Below are positions 22,136 to 25,915 of a DNA stretch of 25,915 nucleotides, piece after piece (the first letter of the stretch is position 1; each line of letters opens with the position of its first letter). A program made the position numbers and the translations under genes. The notes beneath the pieces are model-generated. The model searched no databases. It was not told the DNA's origin and worked only from the letters and a program-made list of their open reading frames with translations. Origin of the DNA: a virus (Duplodnaviria; Caudoviricetes). The stretch spans positions 1 through 25,915 of the IMG/VR virus record IMGVR_UViG_3300030059_000658, one strand, 5' to 3'.

Positions 22136-23086
22136 ATGGCTATAAATCGCGCCAGTATTGGCAAACAGCTACTTCCGGGCTTAAATGCAATCTTTGGACT
22201 TGAGTATGGTTCCATCGATGAAGAGCAAAAACCTCTTTTTGAAATAGAGAACTCTGATCGTGCTTTCGAAGAAGAAGTCTTAATGACTGCTTTCGGTGAA
22301 GCACCAGTTAAAGCAGAAGGTTCTGCTGTCTCTTATGAGAGTGCCAGTGAAAGCTGGGCAGCTCGTTATACGCATCAAACGATTGCGTTAGCATTTGCTG
22401 TTACGGAAGAAGCAATGGAAGATAACTTGTATGATACTTTTGCTAAAATTAGGGCAAAGTCTCTTGCACGTTCAATGGCAGCTACTAAACAAACTAAAGC
22501 TGCTGCTATCTTCAACAACGGCTTTACTAGTGGACTAGGTGGTGACGGAGTTGTATTATTCTCTGCTGCTCATCCAGTACAAGCTGGTAATCAAAGTAAT
22601 CTTTTAACTGCTGCCGATCTATCTGAATCTTCTCTTGAAACTGCTGTTATACAGATTCAAAAAGCGGAAGATGATCGTGGTATTCTGATTGGATCTATGC
22701 CTGTTTCATTGCATATTCCACCAGATCTCCAGTTCGTAGCACAAAAGATCTTAAAGTCTACACTCTCAACCACAACTGTTGTCTATGGTGACAACCTAGC
22801 AGGTGTTCCCGGTAATGTTGCTGGGGTTACAAACACAAACGACGTAAATGCTGTTCGCAGTATGGGCGTTGTACCACAAGGTGACTTTGTTAATCACAGA
22901 TTTACTGCAGCTGGTGCTTGGTTTGTTAAGACAGATGTGCCTAATGGTACTAAGATGTTCGTTCGCGCACCTCTTGGAACCAAGATGGAACCAGACTTCG
23001 ATACTGGTAACCTTCGCTTTAAAGCTCGTGAGCGTTATAGCTTTGGTTGGTCAGATTGGCGTGGTTTCTACGGCAACGCTGGTTAA
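22136..23086 (+). CDS. Major capsid protein (HK97 fold, Mu gpT-like group)
   Basis: AGGAGG RBS; MAI.R....KQLLPGLNA.FG.EY, SDRAFEEEV, TEEAMEDNLY, DFDTGNLRFKARERYSFGWSDWRG; terminator downstream. Confidence 0.92.
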   Translation: MAINRASIGKQLLPGLNAIFGLEYGSIDEEQKPLFEIENSDRAFEEEVLMTAFGEAPVKAEGSAVSYESASESWAARYTHQTIALAFAVTEEAMEDNLYDTFAKIRAKSLARSMAATKQTKAAAIFNNGFTSGLGGDGVVLFSAAHPVQAGNQSNLLTAADLSESSLETAVIQIQKAEDDRGILIGSMPVSLHIPPDLQFVAQKILKSTLSTTTVVYGDNLAGVPGNVAGVTNTNDVNAVRSMGVVPQGDFVNHRFTAAGAWFVKTDVPNGTKMFVRAPLGTKMEPDFDTGNLRFKARERYSFGWSDWRGFYGNAG

Positions 23087-23105
23087 TAACTAAGTTGGTT
23101 AATAC

Positions 23106-23143
23106 GAGGGGGATGTTTGTTAAAACAGCATCCCTCTTTTATT
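23106..23143 (+). terminator. Intrinsic terminator after the MCP
   Basis: AGGGGGATG(T)TTGT-TAAA-ACAGCATCCCTCT plus TTTATT. Confidence 0.8.
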
Positions 23144-23179
23144 ATAGAGAGTAGATAATTCACATAAGGAATTAATGAA

Positions 23180-23452
23180 ATGACTACAGCTATTAATGCA
23201 GTCTTTGTAAATGCTACCGTTACTGCAACTGATTACCCTACACGTATTAGAGGTGTTAGTTGGGGAACAGCAGCAGCTAAAGGAGACATGGTAGTACGTA
23301 ACGGAACCGCATCAGGTACTATTGTTTATAAGCAGTATCTTGGTGTAAGTAGTGCATCAGATGTTTATGTTCCAGATTTAGGAATACGTGTAAGTGAGAA
23401 GTTACATGTTACCTTACCAACTGGTGCATTTGCTACATTCTTGTTAGGATAA
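23180..23452 (+). CDS. Small beta-rich virion protein
   Basis: AAGGA RBS; T/A/V/G-rich; follows the MCP. Confidence 0.75.
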   Translation: MTTAINAVFVNATVTATDYPTRIRGVSWGTAAAKGDMVVRNGTASGTIVYKQYLGVSSASDVYVPDLGIRVSEKLHVTLPTGAFATFLLG

Positions 23453-23454
23453 AA

Positions 23455-23571
23455 ATGAATAAGTTTCAATGTGAGTGCGGTTGTGTATGTTGTCCTATAA
23501 ATCTTATTACAAAAGCAATTAACTTTATTAAAAAAATAGTTAAAAAATATAAAACTGGTGGATGGGAATAG
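23455..23571 (+). CDS. 38-aa Cys-rich cationic peptide (MNKFQCECGCVCCPINLITKAINFIKKIVKKYKTGGWE); not in the ORF track
   Basis: AGGA RBS; fills the gap. Confidence 0.55.
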   Translation: MNKFQCECGCVCCPINLITKAINFIKKIVKKYKTGGWE

Positions 23572-23580
23572 GCTTTTAAT

Positions 23581-24252
23581 ATGACAGTTTCAACAAGCCA
23601 AGATTTTAATTTAGATATTGATGAAATTATATCTGAAGCTTATGAGCATCTAGGTGGACCACCTTTTGTAGGGAATGACGGTATAACTGCTAGACGATCT
23701 TTAAATCTTTTATTAAGTGATTGGCAGAATCGTGGTATTCTTTTATGGACTACTGAATTTATAGATTTATCCTTAGTTAAAGGGACTTCTACATATCTTC
23801 TTCCTAGTACAGTTGCTGCTGTTACAGAAGCAGTATCACGTAGAGGAACTAACGATATTGCAATGAATAGAGTTACTGCTGAAGAGTATTTACAGATCCC
23901 CGATAAAACTACACAAGCAAGATGTCTTCAATATTCTACTATGAAGGGAAGAGATAACGTAAGTTTCATAGTATGGCCTGTACCTGAGAATAGTACAGAT
24001 ACTGTTCGTATGCATAGTATTAGAAGATTCTTTGATTTCAATAATTCAACCGATACAGCAGATGTTCCCTATAGATATTTACCTTGCCTAACAATGGGAC
24101 TAGCTTATTATCTTGGTTTTAAAAGAATGGGTATTCCCGCTACAAGGGTAGCAGCTTTAAAGATTGAATATGAAACTTTGTTAGCTAATGCTATGGCAGA
24201 AGATAGAGAACGGGCAGCAATGCTTATTAAGCCTTCTATAAGATTTGTATAG
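23581..24252 (+). CDS. Head-tail adaptor / tail tubular protein
   Basis: IDEII.EAYE..G...ARRSLNLL..DW.NRG..LWT, WPVP, PYRYLPCL..GLAYYL; position. Confidence 0.75.
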   Translation: MTVSTSQDFNLDIDEIISEAYEHLGGPPFVGNDGITARRSLNLLLSDWQNRGILLWTTEFIDLSLVKGTSTYLLPSTVAAVTEAVSRRGTNDIAMNRVTAEEYLQIPDKTTQARCLQYSTMKGRDNVSFIVWPVPENSTDTVRMHSIRRFFDFNNSTDTADVPYRYLPCLTMGLAYYLGFKRMGIPATRVAALKIEYETLLANAMAEDRERAAMLIKPSIRFV

Positions 24253-24265
24253 GTAGTAGAATAGG

Positions 24266-24547
24266 ATGGTAAGAGCTTACTTTATAAGTGACAGAAGTGG
24301 ATTTAGATTTCCGTATGAACAACGTATAAAAGAATCAACAGGATTTGTTGTTGGTCCTAATGAAGGTGATGGAAACTATAATTTAAAAAACCATCCTCAA
24401 AATAAGTCACCACGAATACGCGCACCAATTGTTTTGAAAGACGCAAGGCCAGAAAAGATTTTAGAATATGTTAGCAGTACTTGGACTCCAGCAGACTCAA
24501 CTTCTATTATGAATTTCTTCCCTCAATTTGTATCAGGAACTACGTAA
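24266..24547 (+). CDS. Conserved small virion-module protein (ISDRSGFRFPY...HPQ...DARP)
   Basis: Motif and position. Confidence 0.75.
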   Translation: MVRAYFISDRSGFRFPYEQRIKESTGFVVGPNEGDGNYNLKNHPQNKSPRIRAPIVLKDARPEKILEYVSSTWTPADSTSIMNFFPQFVSGTT

Positions 24548-24565
24548 AGGTAAAAGGATAAAAAA

Positions 24566-24997
24566 ATGGCAATCACAACAGGTGTGAATAATCAATTTAA
24601 ATCAGAAGTTATGTTAGCAGAACATGATCTTGAAGATAATACACTAAAAGTTATATTAGTTTCATCATCTCAGAATGTATCAGCAGGTGGGCCTAATACT
24701 TATGCATCAGTTACAAGCCAGTTAGCAAACGGTAACGGGTATACAACAGGAGGTAAAACACTTGCTACAGTTTCAGTAAGTACTATTGATTCTTCTGGTA
24801 TTGTAGACTTTGCTGATGTGAGTTGGGCTAATGCAACGTTCTCTGCAAATGGGTGTGTTATTTATAATGACAGTCATAGTAGTAAAAGTATTATAGCGGT
24901 ATATGACTTTGGTGGGGAAAAATCAGCAACGAATGGTGAGTTTAAACTTGTTGTTCCAGCTCCAACATCGGCAAGTGCTGTTATCCGATTAAATTAA
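24566..24997 (+). CDS. Putative virion/tail structural protein
   Basis: GNGYTTGGKTL...DFADVSW..AT......IYN......DFGGEK pattern. Confidence 0.75.
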   Translation: MAITTGVNNQFKSEVMLAEHDLEDNTLKVILVSSSQNVSAGGPNTYASVTSQLANGNGYTTGGKTLATVSVSTIDSSGIVDFADVSWANATFSANGCVIYNDSHSSKSIIAVYDFGGEKSATNGEFKLVVPAPTSASAVIRLN

Positions 24998-25019
24998 ACA
25001 AGAAAGGCAGTGATGTAAT

Positions 25020-25915
25020 ATGGCTTTCGTTCTTAAAGATCGGGTTAAAGAAACTACTACTACAACAGGAACAGGTGCTGTTTCACTAGCAGGAGCAGCT
25101 GGAGGATTTCAAGACTTCAGTAGTGCTATTGGAAATACTAATACTACTTACTATGCTATTGTTCATCAGACATTAGATGAATGGGAAGTAGGTATTGGTA
25201 CATACGGATCTGCGGGTAATAACCTTACTCGAACAACTTTACTTTCTTCAAGTTCAGGAGGAACTGTTAATTTCAGTGCAGGTACTAAAGATGTATTTGT
25301 AACTCTTCCTGCTTCTGAAGTAGTACATACCAGCGCAAGTCCTAGTTTTACAAATGTAAGTATATCAGGAAACTTAACTGTAGGTGGTATAGTCAGTGTT
25401 GGTGGTTCTCTTGTTGGTACATCTGCAACCTTTGCTGATCATGTTTCTGTTTCATCTATGACAGTTACAGGTAATGTAACTGCTACTCAATTTTACGGAG
25501 GAGGAGCTTACCTTACAGGAGTATCAGCTACTAAAGCAACTAATGTTTCAGGAGGATTTGCTGTATTAACATCGGCTCAGATATCAGCTGATGTAAGTAT
25601 TGGAGGAAGTCTTTATGTAAATGTAGCAGAAGGTATTGGTGTACCTACTCCGTTAGGACAGATTCATATAGCCAAGAACGCTATTGCTGATGTAGTTAGT
25701 TTAACAGACGCTGCTGATGTTTCTATTGGATTTGCAAATGGACAGAACTTTAGTCTTACATTAGCAGATAACAGAACACTAAGTAATCCAACTAACTGTG
25801 TACCCGGACAGGTAGGAAGTATATTTATAATTCAAGACGGAACAGGTTCAAGAACATTAAGTTATGGTACAAATTGGGAGTTCCCGGCAGGAACAGCTCC
25901 AACTCTATCGACAAG
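25020..25915 (+). CDS. Tail fibre-like protein, truncated at the window end; not in the ORF track
   Basis: MAFVLKDRVKETTTTTGTG...EWEVGIGTY...FSAGTKDVFVTLPA...QDGTGSRTL; T/S/G-rich; frame open to the end. Confidence 0.85.
   Translation, partial: MAFVLKDRVKETTTTTGTGAVSLAGAAGGFQDFSSAIGNTNTTYYAIVHQTLDEWEVGIGTYGSAGNNLTRTTLLSSSSGGTVNFSAGTKDVFVTLPASEVVHTSASPSFTNVSISGNLTVGGIVSVGGSLVGTSATFADHVSVSSMTVTGNVTATQFYGGGAYLTGVSATKATNVSGGFAVLTSAQISADVSIGGSLYVNVAEGIGVPTPLGQIHIAKNAIADVVSLTDAADVSIGFANGQNFSLTLADNRTLSNPTNCVPGQVGSIFIIQDGTGSRTLSYGTNWEFPAGTAPTLST

Noticed and set aside
12666-23093. ORFs 12666-12860, 13421-13654, 14069-14332, 15280-15564 and 22848-23093
   Set aside because: Nested in TerL, the portal or the MCP, without RBS or recognisable motifs
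22848-23093. Programmed frameshift extension of the MCP (T7 10B-like)
   Set aside because: The alternative frame ends only 7 nt beyond the MCP stop, no clear slippery site is present, and a terminator follows
1-25915. Stop-codon reassignment, tRNA genes, introns or inteins
   Set aside because: Conserved genes are full length in the standard code and all three stops are used; no cloverleaf or splicing motifs seen by eye (tRNAscan/Infernal not run)

Overview
This is a roughly 26-kb segment of a tailed dsDNA phage, probably a podovirus-type phage of a marine-style lineage. GGAGA(G)-type RBSs and sigma70-like promoters suggest a proteobacterial host; the lineage and host are inference. The left arm (1-6700, minus strand) holds many small early/middle genes, a GP88-like Cys-rich protein, a DUF932-like protein, a SleB-type cell-wall hydrolase, an unannotated ArfA-like peptide and a T7 gp4-like primase-helicase. 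A repeat-rich divergent non-coding block (6700-7300) is followed by three tandem mini-cassettes (7200-8560), each with its own promoter, leader hairpin, RBS and 3' hairpin. Next comes a solitary, apparently leaderless GDP-mannose 4,6-dehydratase (gmd). The late operon on the plus strand encodes TerS, small basic proteins, TerL, a 1238-aa portal fused to a C-terminal T4-lysozyme-like domain, a second GH24 lysozyme, a GroES-like protein, scaffold, capsid, head-tail proteins and a truncated tail fibre. The most notable points are the portal-muramidase fusion joined through an xxxGG-TVR-xxxGG motif shared with small late proteins, the ArfA-like peptide, the early cassette array with a covarying leader hairpin, a promoter-proximal terminator ahead of the late operon, and CCWGG avoidance (20/20 Pro-Gly pairs use CCS codons). 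All family calls come from motif recognition by eye; no searches were run.
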